Assembly: GCA_023920165.1 (NCBI GenBank)
Contig: CP089276.1
Location: 3,100,001 to 3,164,000, forward strand
DNA length: 64,000 nucleotides
Direction of reading: 5' to 3'
Origin: Curvularia clavata
Taxonomy: Eukaryota
The notes under the pieces are model-generated. The model was not told the DNA's origin, ran no database searches, and worked only from the letters and a program-made list of their open reading frames with translations. Positions within the stretch are counted from its first letter, which is position 1, and each line of letters opens with the position of its first letter. Made by a program: the position numbers and the translations under genes. Positions 51,277-64,000 of this stretch are shown in pieces.

Positions 51277-52450
51277 ATTATCCTCTGTTCGACTTGGTTT
51301 CATGGTTTGCGACCAAGTAAACGGATACCCCATATAAGGGGATGAGAAAAGTGTATACTCCAAGGGCAGACAGGAGGCGTATTCCATATGGAGACGGAGA
51401 AGAAGCACAAAAAAACGGACCGTCCACGTCCTTACTCTTCCCAATGTCCTTATCTCACCAAAAACAACAAAAAAGTCGGGCAACCCATACCTCCTTTTCG
51501 CAAAATGGCAGGTGGGCGGAGTTAATCGGGATCCTTTTTTTTTTCTTCTTTTCTCTTGTGTACTCTCTTTTTTTTTCACCAAAGAAGTGTCTTTGTGTTT
51601 GGAATGTGCAATAAGCTCTGCTTTATGGGGGGATGAGAAAACGGGAGTTTCTTTCGTGATTGTACTACTTTACCATTATGGAAATTCTCTCTTTCGATTG
51701 ATCAAGAGTTGGAGATGCGAAAAGAAAAAAGTGGGGGTTAAATTAGTTTAATGGTATGCGATGGTTGTTTGAGGAGTTGACAAAAGAAGATGCGTGTATG
51801 TATGTATGTGTGATTTGCGACATGGCGTGCTTGAGTGACGTGTGTAGTTTCGTGCATTGTATTCATGACGTGGTTTTGTTGAGTTGGTCTAAGTGTTCGT
51901 TTAGCACTCAACCATATCAACATGCTGTATGGGGGAGACTGCTACACGATATTGGAATCTATAGCACAGGATATACTTCTGAAAATCACTCAGGATACAA
52001 AATAGGCATGATCGAAACTGACAATTCCATTGCATTACGACATGACATCGTCTCCATTACTCTATAATCTCGTATGTATGCACACGATGAACCATCGCAG
52101 TTCCAGTCCGAATCTACTCCACGCTTGCGGATATGATACAAAAAGACACAAAAAAACAATACGCCTAATGCCAACCCAACGCTATGCAATCAAAAACCAA
52201 GAAGCAGCCGAAGCCAATTCCAAAGCGCTCCGTACGTTTTTTTCGTTTCTTTGTGACCCCTATACTTGTATTTCCATGTCCAGCTGGCATCAGGCCAAGG
52301 ACCCGCCCAAAGCTTCAGGGAGATTTTAAAACCAACATATCCTTTCGTAATCACACTCATTAGACATGTGCACATCGCGACGATACCAGCACCCATGACG
52401 GAGTAGGCTGGTCCGAAGTCCACGGTTTCCCATAATTTTACCCAGCCCGC

Positions 52451-53894
52451 CTAGTAACCGAGGCAGCCTGGGATATGGAGGATCAAAATTGTCCAGGGCA
52501 AAATGCTCGAGAGCATAAGTCGCCAAGAGCCTGCTGCTGCAGGGGCCGCGGGAATAGCCACTCCAGCGTTGCCCTGCGGTCCACTGGCTGAAGGTGCTGC
52601 AGTCGCCTCGGGATAAATGGTGCGGATTGTCGTGAAGCCACGGTCGTCATAACCTGTCACCGTCTTAGGCCCATTGGCGGATGAATCCGTAGGCAAAGCT
52701 TGCGGCGAGGAGACATATGAACCTTGAGGGGACATCTGCGGAAACACAATCAGTAAATTGTTGGGAAGATTAATCAAGGGCTCAAGAAATGGCTTACTAA
52801 CAGTGGCCGAGCTGGGTGGAATGACCTTTCCGGAGTTCGAAACGGTCCACCCGCTCGGTAGCCCTGGATAGTTTGCAAATGTGGGCTGAGGAGTGGGGGT
52901 CGCGTTCGGGTCGGGAATCCAGGGGTAAACGCTGGGGCGCTCAGGGTTGGAAGTCTGGTGAGGAGTAAAAGGTAGTGGCGCGCCAGTAGCTGTGGCAGTG
53001 ATTGCTGGCGCATCTGCAATTGGAGCCTTGCCTCCCGCGAAAATGGTACCTCCATTGGACCGAATAGATTTCCAAGTACCGGATGAATCGCCGTAAACGT
53101 ACTGGGTTCCGGTGGAGTAATCTTGAACCTTGAGCGATTTGACATACATAGAGAATGGTCCCTGAGAGTAGTCGGTAGGACCGCGAGCCCAAGAGATGGT
53201 ACCTGCGGGGTTTGCTGAATCTCCGCCGCTCCATGCGCCGAACTTGATCTGCATGGGCGTTTGAGGGTACTGGTTGTTGGCATTGGCGGGTTCGAGAGTA
53301 CGAACAGTGGTGCCGTCAATTTGCCATACAATTTGCTCAGGCGTCCACTCGATGGTGTATGTCTTGAATCCTGACTGGCTTCCGGGGTCTGAATGGAAAG
53401 CACCGCGGTTGTAGTCGGTAGTCTGACCTGGGCGTTGTTAGTAGGTATTCAGACGAGCAAAAGTCACATTTCCTACCTTTTCCGAAGTAGTTTGTTTGAA
53501 CCTCGTCTGGGTCTGCACCAAGCCACTCCCAGTCAATCTCGTCGAGGGTGTCCGACTGCAAGACAAAACTGCTAACAATGCCAGCACCCGGCGCGGCTTT
53601 GACTTGAATGTCGACTTTGCCGAACATAATGTACCACAGCGAGGTGAGCTGGGGTGCATCACCTGACTTTGAGATGGTAAAAGCTACACCATCTTTGCCA
53701 TATGTCGGGTTACCCTGGGGTGTGAAACTGTCCGATTTTGAACTAAAGTCAATGTTTACAGTCTTGCCCAAGGCAGAGTCGGCAGGGCAGTCGCTCTGCC
53801 GTGTTGGATTGCAGTTGGACCATGTTTGTGCTGCTGAGGGAAGATAGAGAGCGGCAGAGGCCAGAGCTGCGAGGGCCCTTGTTGTGGCGCGCAT
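52451..53894 (-). CDS. GH16 Crh-type cell-wall transglycosylase, secreted, probably GPI-anchored
   Basis: Signal peptide, CNPT..CP.D.ALG, YIMFGKV, catalytic DEIDWE, QTNYFGKG, QYPQTPMQIKFGAW. Intron 53428-53476; last intron 52736-52801 or 52736-52797 (alternative stop at 52665). Confidence 0.93.
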
Positions 53895-54752
53895 CTTAGT
53901 AAAGGCGACGGCCGTAGCGATAGTGACGTGGGATTAGAATAGAAGGCCGCCGCGGAGAAAAGGACAGTTGAGAAGTGCTATAGTGTTGAGCGAGGACTAG
54001 CAAGCAAACACGTGAGTACCGTAGAAAGAGTGAAGAAGATGGCTGGGTACCGTCTCAGCACTTGAGAGGTAACTGGGCGACAGGTGTAAGGGTGCAGGGC
54101 TCGTGGCCGGCGACCCTGCAGCTTTTGTACATTGCCAGACATCTCTGAGCGGTGACCTACGTGGTAATGTCCAAGAGAAAACAGGATAGCGGGGCCGGGT
54201 TGGGTGAGGGCGATGCGCGAGTGGATGGAATTGGACGAGGTTGGCAGGGTGACGGTGAGGTGGTTGGTAGACTTCCCAGCCACACCAAGCCCCTGCCCAG
54301 CACTCGACCGCCAGACGCTGCTGCCAACACGCAATCTGGACGCGCGTGAGAAGGCCAGTCTATGACGAAAGCTGGCAACTTTCGATACCTGCCGGCAACC
54401 CCGTTGGGCAGCGTCTCGACTATGCAAGGAAGGATTGTAAGCAAGGATGGAGGCGTTGGCGTGAGGAGAACACCCTTGCCCGCAGATGGGCGGGTGTGGC
54501 GTCACGCATCCAGACCCCGCAACACCACCCAGTCCATCCCACCATGAAGAATCCCGTGGCTTTTTTTAGCTCTCGTCACAACCTCTGCATACGACCCGCC
54601 GTGAGATCCCCAATAGTATCTGCAGTGGAGCCGGACCCTGCATATCAAGGATTGGCATTGACTATCCGACATTGAGTCACACACATCCGAAGACTTTGCC
54701 GGTTGCACGACCTCTCACCACCTCTTAACACAAGGCAGTCCCGAAAGAAGAA

Positions 54753-56168
54753 ATGTCTCTCACCAACGCCACCCCTCTCGAGGTCGCCCAGGCAGCCAGG
54801 CTCGGATCCCGGAAACTGGCCATCTTGTCTACCGAGAAACGGAATGCGGCCCTCACAGCCATCCACGATGCACTGGCGAGTGCCAAGGACGAAGTTTTGG
54901 CTGCCAATGTCCAGGACCTCGAGGCCGCCAACAAGGCCGCAGCAGGAGGCACGCTGAGTGCAAGTCTGGTAAAGAGGCTGGATCTGGGAAAGCCGGGAAA
55001 GTATGAGGATATGCTGCAGGGGATTTTGGATGTGCGAGATTTGGAAGATCCTATCAACAAGACGACTGCGAAGACGCTGCTCGACGACAACCTGGTTCTA
55101 TCGCGGATCACGTGCCCTATTGGCGTGCTGCTCATCATTTTCGAAGCGCGACCCGAAGTCATTGCCAACATCTCCGCGCTAGCTATCAAGTCTGGAAATG
55201 CCGCCATCCTCAAGGGTGGTCGCGAATCCAGCAAGAGCTTCGCGGCGATCGCATCTGTCATCTCCAAAGCCTTGGCCTCAACTGCAGTACCGCCCGACTG
55301 TCTCCAGCTCGTTCAGACTCACGATGTGATTGCCGACCTCCTCAAGCAAGACACATATATCGACCTGTGCATTCCACGTGGCGGCAACAAGCTAGTCCGC
55401 TATGTCAAAGACACAACCACGATCCCGGTCCTCGGCCACGCAGATGGCATATGCTCCACTTACCTATGCGCCGACTACCCTGCAGACAAGGCCACCAAGA
55501 TCATCATCGACGCAAAAACAAGTTACCCCGCCGGCTGCAACGCGCTTGAACAACTTTTGGTAGAGGAATCAGCCCTCAGCACCAGTCTTCCGGTTGTAGC
55601 AGAAGCACTCCTGCAAAAGGGTGTTTCACTCCGCTGCGACCAAGCGTCACTAGCTGCTCTCAAGGGCAAGTTAGACCCGCACTCTGCCGCACTATTGCAA
55701 GACGTAGGACCAGAAGACTATGACACTGAATTTTTGGACTACATCCTCGCCATCAAGACAGTTTCAAACGTCGGCGAGGCTGTTTCTCACATCAACGCGC
55801 ACGGATCCCACCACACCGATGCTATTCTAACTCTCGCAGAAGCCACTGCCAAGTCGTTCCTCGCTGCCGTAGATTCCTCCAGCGTGTACTGGAATACCTC
55901 TACCCGCATGGCCGATGGACAGAGATATGGATTCGGAACCGAAGTCGGCATCAGCACGAACAAGATCCATTCGCGGGGACCCGTAGGACTAGAGGGCCTG
56001 ACAATCTACAAGTGGGTGATTGTAGGCGATGCGCAGGTGAGTGCCGAGTATGGGGCTGGAGGCAAGCAATGGAAGCACCAGCGGTTGCCTGTCGGCGACG
56101 AGGAGAGTGTGGCACAGAATGAAGAAGAGAGAGAAGTCTTGAGGAAGTTTAGGGCGAGCAAGGCATGA
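54753..56168 (+). CDS. PRO2: Gamma-glutamyl phosphate reductase
   Basis: CPIGVLLIIFEARP, KSGNAAILKGGRES, IPVLGHADGIC, YPAGCNALE, FGTEVGISTNKIHSRGPVGLEGL; intronless. Confidence 0.96.
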   Translation: MSLTNATPLEVAQAARLGSRKLAILSTEKRNAALTAIHDALASAKDEVLAANVQDLEAANKAAAGGTLSASLVKRLDLGKPGKYEDMLQGILDVRDLEDPINKTTAKTLLDDNLVLSRITCPIGVLLIIFEARPEVIANISALAIKSGNAAILKGGRESSKSFAAIASVISKALASTAVPPDCLQLVQTHDVIADLLKQDTYIDLCIPRGGNKLVRYVKDTTTIPVLGHADGICSTYLCADYPADKATKIIIDAKTSYPAGCNALEQLLVEESALSTSLPVVAEALLQKGVSLRCDQASLAALKGKLDPHSAALLQDVGPEDYDTEFLDYILAIKTVSNVGEAVSHINAHGSHHTDAILTLAEATAKSFLAAVDSSSVYWNTSTRMADGQRYGFGTEVGISTNKIHSRGPVGLEGLTIYKWVIVGDAQVSAEYGAGGKQWKHQRLPVGDEESVAQNEEEREVLRKFRASKA

Positions 56169-56988
56169 AGATAGACACTGATCTCCCCTTATTGTTACGC
56201 GTCGTTTGATGGGTATTGGTCACGTGTAGTAAGCAGTCATTGACTAGATCCAAAACATCACTTTACCATGTTTCCTCTCGATGCAAAATACGAAACCCGG
56301 TGATAATGTCGAAACGGGCCGCTCGTGCTTGGCCGAAGTGCTTAACCCTACGTTACCCACTGCGCTGTCAGATGTAAACTACCTCACCATCTAATCGTGC
56401 TTGTATGCTCCATTATCACGAACGCACCCCCTCCGATCCCCCATGCCCCAGGTTCAGCCCAGGAAAAAATAAATACAGGTTTCAACATCGAACCATGAAT
56501 CCACTACCTATCAGAAACGCGCCAAACGATCCAAATTTCACCCTGAAATAACTACCAGACAGAACCGGAGACCAATAGAAAAACAAAAAGCATAGCATGA
56601 CCCAAATAACAAAATGACGTATGGTTACGCGTCCCGTCCCCATGTGCATCCCACATCGTTTACCGCACCCCCCACCCACTCATCCCCCCAGCATGGAAAG
56701 CGAGAAATTAACCCGCTCACTTCTATGTACTTACTCAGCATCCCTTGCAGCAATCAAACTACTACGTGTAACTAAGCAGATCCAAGTCTCCACTTGTCAT
56801 GTACCCTTCTCTTCCCCCCCACCCTCATCTCTTCTCATGTGAAGATATGCTAAGAGTGTAAATCATATTATCCTCTACCTTGCTAATTTCCCACTCTAAC
56901 CGTTTTTCTACTTTCGGGCCGAAAACTCATTTGTAAAAAATCACAAACAAGGAAGTTGCAAAGATAATGATAATAATAAAAAATCAGT

Positions 56989-56990
<2 letters not shown>

Positions 56991-57036
<46 letters not shown>
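56991..57036. repeat. (AG)23 microsatellite
   Basis: Perfect AG dinucleotide run in the convergent PRO2/glfA intergenic region. Confidence 0.97.
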
Positions 57037-57037
<1 letters not shown>

Positions 57038-57613
57038 AAGATATGACCTGAGCGGTTTTTTTAATGTTCCTTGAAGCAAACGAGTCATGGGCCAATTGAA
57101 GGGACACACGGTGGGATTTTCGCGATTGCTTGCTGCATGTATAGTGTGTTTTTGTCGATCGGCCGGTCAATCAGTCGGTGAGATTGATTTTTTAGCTTTG
57201 CATGTAACTTGTAGAGTGGAGCAAGGGAATGCTGAAAATGAACAAGTGCAAAGAGGAAGAAGTTGGGTTTGGCGATCGGGATCGGCGTGGGTGGAGAAAG
57301 CATGAGTGAAGAGTATCAGATGAACATGAGCGGAAGGTTCAGATGGGTAATGGAAAGATGGGATGAACAAAAGTCACACATCACACACACATTCAGACAG
57401 TTGATTCAAGACCATATTGCAAAAAAAGGGCAACGTCTATCCTTTTATCCTGCCAACATCACCCAGATGCCGAGCAGATGCAACTCTACCTAGTTCTTTG
57501 CATTGCATACATGCGCCAACTCCCAGTTCCCATGCCGTCCGATATTCGTAAATAAGCGTTGGTATCCCGTAAATGACTGCCAAAAGTTCCATAACACTGC
57601 TCAATTATGCCGT

Positions 57614-59336
<1,723 letters not shown>

Positions 59337-59731
59337 GGTGCCCTGAAGTATTTCCTGGAAACTTGGAACTCGCTTTAGTGTCTGGCGGGCGAGATTGAGC
59401 ATGTAGGAGTGAAGCTAGGTGGAGCAGTAGCAGCCAAGCAGGACTCGGGGCGTGGTGGAGGAATATAGAGCCAGTCGAGAGGAACTAAGGATGCCAAGGA
59501 GAATGCTGCGAAAAGCGGGCCCAGGGTAGGTGGTGGAGGGGCGCGGCGGCGGCGAAGGACAGGCCTGGGGACCTTGAGCTTGCGGCGGCAGAAAAGGGGC
59601 AGAGGGCCATGGGGGGCCCCGTCGCTGCAGCAGCCGTGGCTACTCGTGGGGGCTATGATTGGCTGCAAATTTGTGCAACACCTGCGTCGCCTTGTCGATG
59701 GTGCTGGCCAGCGCAGTGAATACGATGAGCC

Positions 59732-59786
59732 AGGACGAGACGAGGACAAGATGAGGACAGGATGAGGACAAGACAAGGACAAGCAA
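59732..59786. repeat. 11-bp tandem repeat (AGGACAAGATG-like) x5 in the glfA/glfB shared upstream region
   Basis: aggacgagacg aggacaagatg aggacaggatg aggacaagaca aggacaagcaa. Confidence 0.85.
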
Positions 59787-60635
59787 GGGGCGGGAGGCTG
59801 TGTACTCTGCTGTAACCCGCAGGCCGGGCAGGATATTTTGAGCCGCCTGGCATACATTGCTGCGTGTTACATGGAGTGTCTATCTCATGCCAACCACGGC
59901 GTCAGAAGCGGCCTAGTGCGACGGTGTAATGAAGCGTGTACGAACAGAGGGCCCCTATTGTACGCCATTGTGCGTCGCCAGGCCTGCCTATTTGCCATGT
60001 CGCGCGTCATGGCCCGTTGCTCCTGCAATGTCAAGCGGCTACCATGGTACGCGTACCCTCTACTCGAGTTGCTGAGAAGCACCATGAGGCGGCTCAAAGG
60101 TACCCAGTCCCAGCACCTGCGATTGCGCGTCCACTGGCCCGCTCCACAGCAGATCCGTTTCACCTCGCCGTGTCCCGCTGCTGCCGGCGCATCGTCATCT
60201 GTCTATCTCTACATAGTCGGCCGTTGCCGTTCAAAGAACCCCTGTTGCCCCCCGATTCTCCAAGCACACGCACCAGCACCAGCAACTCTGGCTGCATTTC
60301 CGCTCCGCCCCTCCCCTCGCTAGCGCATAACGCATTACCGTCACATTTACTCTCTCTCCCAACAATCTTTTGCTGCTCTTCATCTTCTTCTCTGCTGCCC
60401 CGAGTGCGCGCTCCTTCCTTCCTTCCACCCTCCCCCGGTGCCACAGACCGTTTCAGTGTCCCCTAGACGCGCAAGACGGCATCAGTCAGCGGCGCTAGTC
60501 CGATTGTAACCCCAACTGCAACTGCAACTGCAACCACTTCTTCGCCGCTCTTCTCTCCCTAGACCTCCCCCGACGCTCAATCCTCTCTCTGCACTCCTCT
60601 GCACAGTCCCTCGTTAGCCACCACTCCTCCCAGCC

Positions 60636-62057
60636 ATGTCTCAAGACGAGAAGGTCAGGTCCTCGGTCGAGGCCGCCCGCGACACCTCGCTGCCAGTCCT
60701 GCCCACCGTCAACCCAGACGCGCAAAAGTCGGCCCCAGAGCCTCCCTCCTTTCATCCCGCCGTCTACATTGCGTATGTCAAACACCCCCTTCCTTTTCAG
60801 TACCGCATGCTAATCGACATCCAGCACCTGGATCGCCCTCAGCTCCAGCACAATCGTCTTCAACAAGTACATCCTCGACACGGCCAAGTTCCGTACGTCT
60901 ACCCGCCAGCCCTGCGACCAAAGCCTATATACTGACCACGGCCACAAACAGACTACCCCATCTTCCTCACAACATGGCATCTGGTCTTCGCCACCGTCAT
61001 GACCCAGATCCTCGCCCGCTTCACCACCATCCTCGACTCGCGAAAGAAGGTGCCCATGACGGGCCGTGTCTACCTGCGAGCCATTGTCCCTATCGGCATC
61101 TTCTTCAGCATGAGTTTGATTTGCGGTAACCAGGCCTACCTACACCTCAGTGTCGCTTTTATCCAGATGCTCAAGGTATGTCGACTGTGCCTCATAACTC
61201 AAACGCCACCAATGCTAACTTTTCTAGGCCACCATGCCTGTCGCTGTCCTCATCACCACCTGGGTTCTGGGTGTCGCGCCTGTCAACCTCAAGACTCTTG
61301 GAAACGTCTCTTTCATCGTCATTGGTGTTGTCGTTGCCTCCATGGGCGAGATCCATTTCGTCATGATCGGTTTCCTCTTCCAGTGCGCTGGTATCGCTTT
61401 CGAGGCTATTCGTCTGGTCATGGTTCAGCGCCTACTCAGCGGTGCCGACTTCAAGATGGACCCCCTTGTTTCCCTCTACTACTACGCCCCCGCCTGCGCT
61501 GTCATCAACGGTGTTATCCTGCTCTTTACTGAGCTTCCCTCGATGACCATGGCTGATATCGACCGTGTTGGTCTCTTCACCCTGCTCGCCAACGCCTCGG
61601 TCGCTTTCTTGCTCAACGTCTCGGTCGTTTTCCTGGTATGTAGATTGCTCTTGACTCCCTACAACACATGCTTACAAGTCCCCAGATTGGCAAGACTTCC
61701 TCGCTCGTCCTCACCCTCTCCGGTGTGCTCAAGGACATTCTCCTTGTTTTGGCATCCATGTTCCTCTTCAAGGACCCCGTTTCCCCTCTCCAGGCCTTTG
61801 GCTACAGCATTGCGCTCGGCGGTCTCGTCTACTACAAGCTTGGTGGCGAGAAGCTCAAGGAGTACCTCGGCCAGGGCAGCATGAAGTGGCAGGAGCTCGG
61901 CCACAGCAGGCCCGTTCTCCGCAAGCTCATGGTCTTCTCTGCCGTTATCATCTCCATGTTCCTCATCTTTGGCTCCCTCGGACCCCGCTATGCCCCCGCC
62001 TCGACCAACCAGGTCTACAACGGTATTGGCAAGCTTATGGGCGACAAGGCTGTCTAA
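60636..62057 (+). CDS. glfB: Nucleotide-sugar transporter (TPT family), likely UDP-galactofuranose transporter
   Basis: YIATWIALSSSTIVFNKYIL, YPIFLTTWHL, LSVAFIQMLKA, KMDPLVSLYYYAP, GKTSSLVLTLSGVLKDILL; four introns. Divergent from glfA, matching the known glfA/glfB linkage in Aspergillus. Confidence 0.88.
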
Positions 62058-62795
62058 AGCACTCTCCACCAGCAAACAACAACAATGCTTAAAGTCCCAA
62101 GCCAGCTTGTCAACGCACTCTGCTACTACGTCGCGCCTTCTTCTTCTTTTCTTGTTTTTTTATTGTCAACTTGGAGCAGGCTCGAGGTGTATGGTGACCA
62201 GTATGATACATATAGACTAGCGGGCCTCTCAACCCGAGTGAGCCTGCGTTGAGAAGCTCGTGGTATAGGATACAGCCCTGGATATTAGATGTTTGGGCAC
62301 AATGACGGGGAAACGATGAAGTGACATGTTCTTGTCGGATATAGATCTTGCAGGCCTTCACAGCGACTGCGAGCGAAAGGTACATACTTTCTAGCTACAT
62401 AATGATAATGCTTGTGAAGCATCTGCAGTGTGGCGTCTACTTGACTGTATTGAGTACTGAACTGTTCTGTCTAATGTGAAGAGTTGGAATAGCTCTGCAT
62501 ATCGCAAACCCATCCTCAATTCCGAATTTTCGACACTGTAGTGCCAATGCGAACGTGCACTGTTACACTCTGAAAGCCGTGTAAAACATTCTAAGGGTCT
62601 GACCGTTCGAACTAGGTAGATCAAGTGGAGTGGCTGGCGAGGCGCTATGTAGCGCGTGCAGGTGGAGTTGCCATTTCTCGCTTCGCACGGACCACACCAC
62701 GCCAAGCTGGCCTATTTCGCAATTTCCTCTCCGCGACAACTTCAACTCTTCAGTCGTTACTAACCCCCAGCACAACCCGCTCAAAATCAGTCAAG

Positions 62796-63605
62796 ATGGG
62801 AATCGACCTCGACCGCCACCATGTTCGAGACGGGCACCGCAGTATGTGATCCCCCCGTCGAGTCGGCGCAGCAATGCGCTGGCGTTAGCTGTCTTTAAGA
62901 CGCAACATGAGCTTTCGAGAGGATAGAGATTGACGAGTGTACAGAGGTCCCTAAGTCCACCAACCCTTATGTCAAGCTGTTGGTGCGTCTGTACAAGTTC
63001 CTGGCTCGTAAGTACTGCAAATTCAATTTCGCGCATAGTCTGTGCTAACTGCGGACAGGCCGTACCGATGCCCCCTTCAACAAGACCGTTCTGCGACGTC
63101 TTATGATGTCCAAGACCAACCGTCCCGTAAGACGCCAACGATACGAATAACCGCCGAACAAAATCACTGACATGCCATAGCCGGTCTCTCTCTCCAAGAT
63201 CGTCTCCAACGCCAAGAACCACGAGGGCAAGACCATTGTCATCGTACGAGTCCCGAATCCAGCATCGCAGACGACTGGCTAACATGGGATTAGGTCGGCA
63301 CCGTTACTGACGACAACCGCATGCTCGAGCTCCCCAAGCTCTCCGTTGCGGCTCTCCGCTTCACTGCCTCCTCCCGCGCCCGCATCGAGAAGGCTGGTGG
63401 TGAGTGCCTCACCATCGACGAGGTTGCTACCCGCTCCCCCACCGGATCCAACACCCTCCTTCTCCGTGGACCCAAGAACGCCCGTGAGGCTTTCAAGCAC
63501 TTCGGCTTCGGTCCCCACTCCGGCAAGAAGCCCTACGTCGAGAGCAAGGGCCGCAAGTTCGAGCGTGCCCGTGGACGCAGAAGGTCGCGTGGTTTCAAGG
63601 TCTAA
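62796..63605 (+). CDS. RPL18: 60S ribosomal protein eL18
   Basis: [56 protein letters not shown]. Introns 62842-62944, 63008-63058, 63127-63180, 63244-63293. Confidence 0.97.
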
Positions 63606-64000
63606 GCGTGTGCTACAAGTGGTTCGGTTTCTCTGGTTTGGCGTGGTCAAGGTCATGGGAATTCACTTATGAGGCGTGCATCATGACTAGCAATGGCTCT
63701 TTGAAGGCCTGCAAAAAGATACTCAATGCAATGAAAGCATACAATGGGCTCCGAGCTCATGGTCAGCCCAGGATTTTTTTTTCACTCAATATGTCTCGGT
63801 GTATATGCGGTGATTTCAGAACAAGACCCGATCCGACAGGCCAGTTCTCTGTATTCGGCAATCCAAAAAATCATTTTGGGTTGTTGGGCTTTGCGACAAA
63901 TTTTCCTGCGGCTCCTCCACATCCAATGAACACCTGCATGGGTCACTCCGGTCCAGGCAATGATAGCACCATACTCCACAATAGAAACTAACCAATTCCT

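Noticed and set aside
56090..56168. PRO2 C-terminal ...ASKA as a peroxisomal PTS1
   Set aside because: SKA lacks the usual terminal L/M, and no TGA-CTA readthrough context follows.

Overview
Gene-dense eukaryotic DNA from a filamentous ascomycete. The evidence is short GT-AG introns with CTRAY branch sites; a Dothideomycete/Pleosporales-like origin is my inference. About 25 protein-coding genes can be reconstructed, most of them spliced. Conserved housekeeping genes are a polyol dehydrogenase (partial), CSN6, GH47 mannosidase, MED20, Mrn1/Nrd1-type RRM protein, ALG8, ITC1, SGF73, hexokinase, GYP1, HRP1, a Crh-type GH16, PRO2, the divergent glfA/glfB galactofuranose pair and RPL18. Two accessory-looking islets interrupt them: ~12.2-21 kb (NACHT NLR, probable decayed gene, NmrA-like) and ~40.7-45.2 kb (TpA-rich spacer, SDR, small secreted Cys-containing protein, cyclase). 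No rRNA, tRNA, CRISPR array or intact transposon was recognised. The most unusual signals are post-transcriptional. The GH16 gene has two overlapping splice donors giving two different-frame, GPI-signal-like C-termini. HRP1 has a 1281-nt intron with a candidate poison exon. A 5'UTR intron of the Mrn1-like gene removes a perfect-Kozak uORF. A membrane-protein ORF starts 59 nt after the CSN6 stop. All exon structures were derived by hand and need RNA-seq confirmation.
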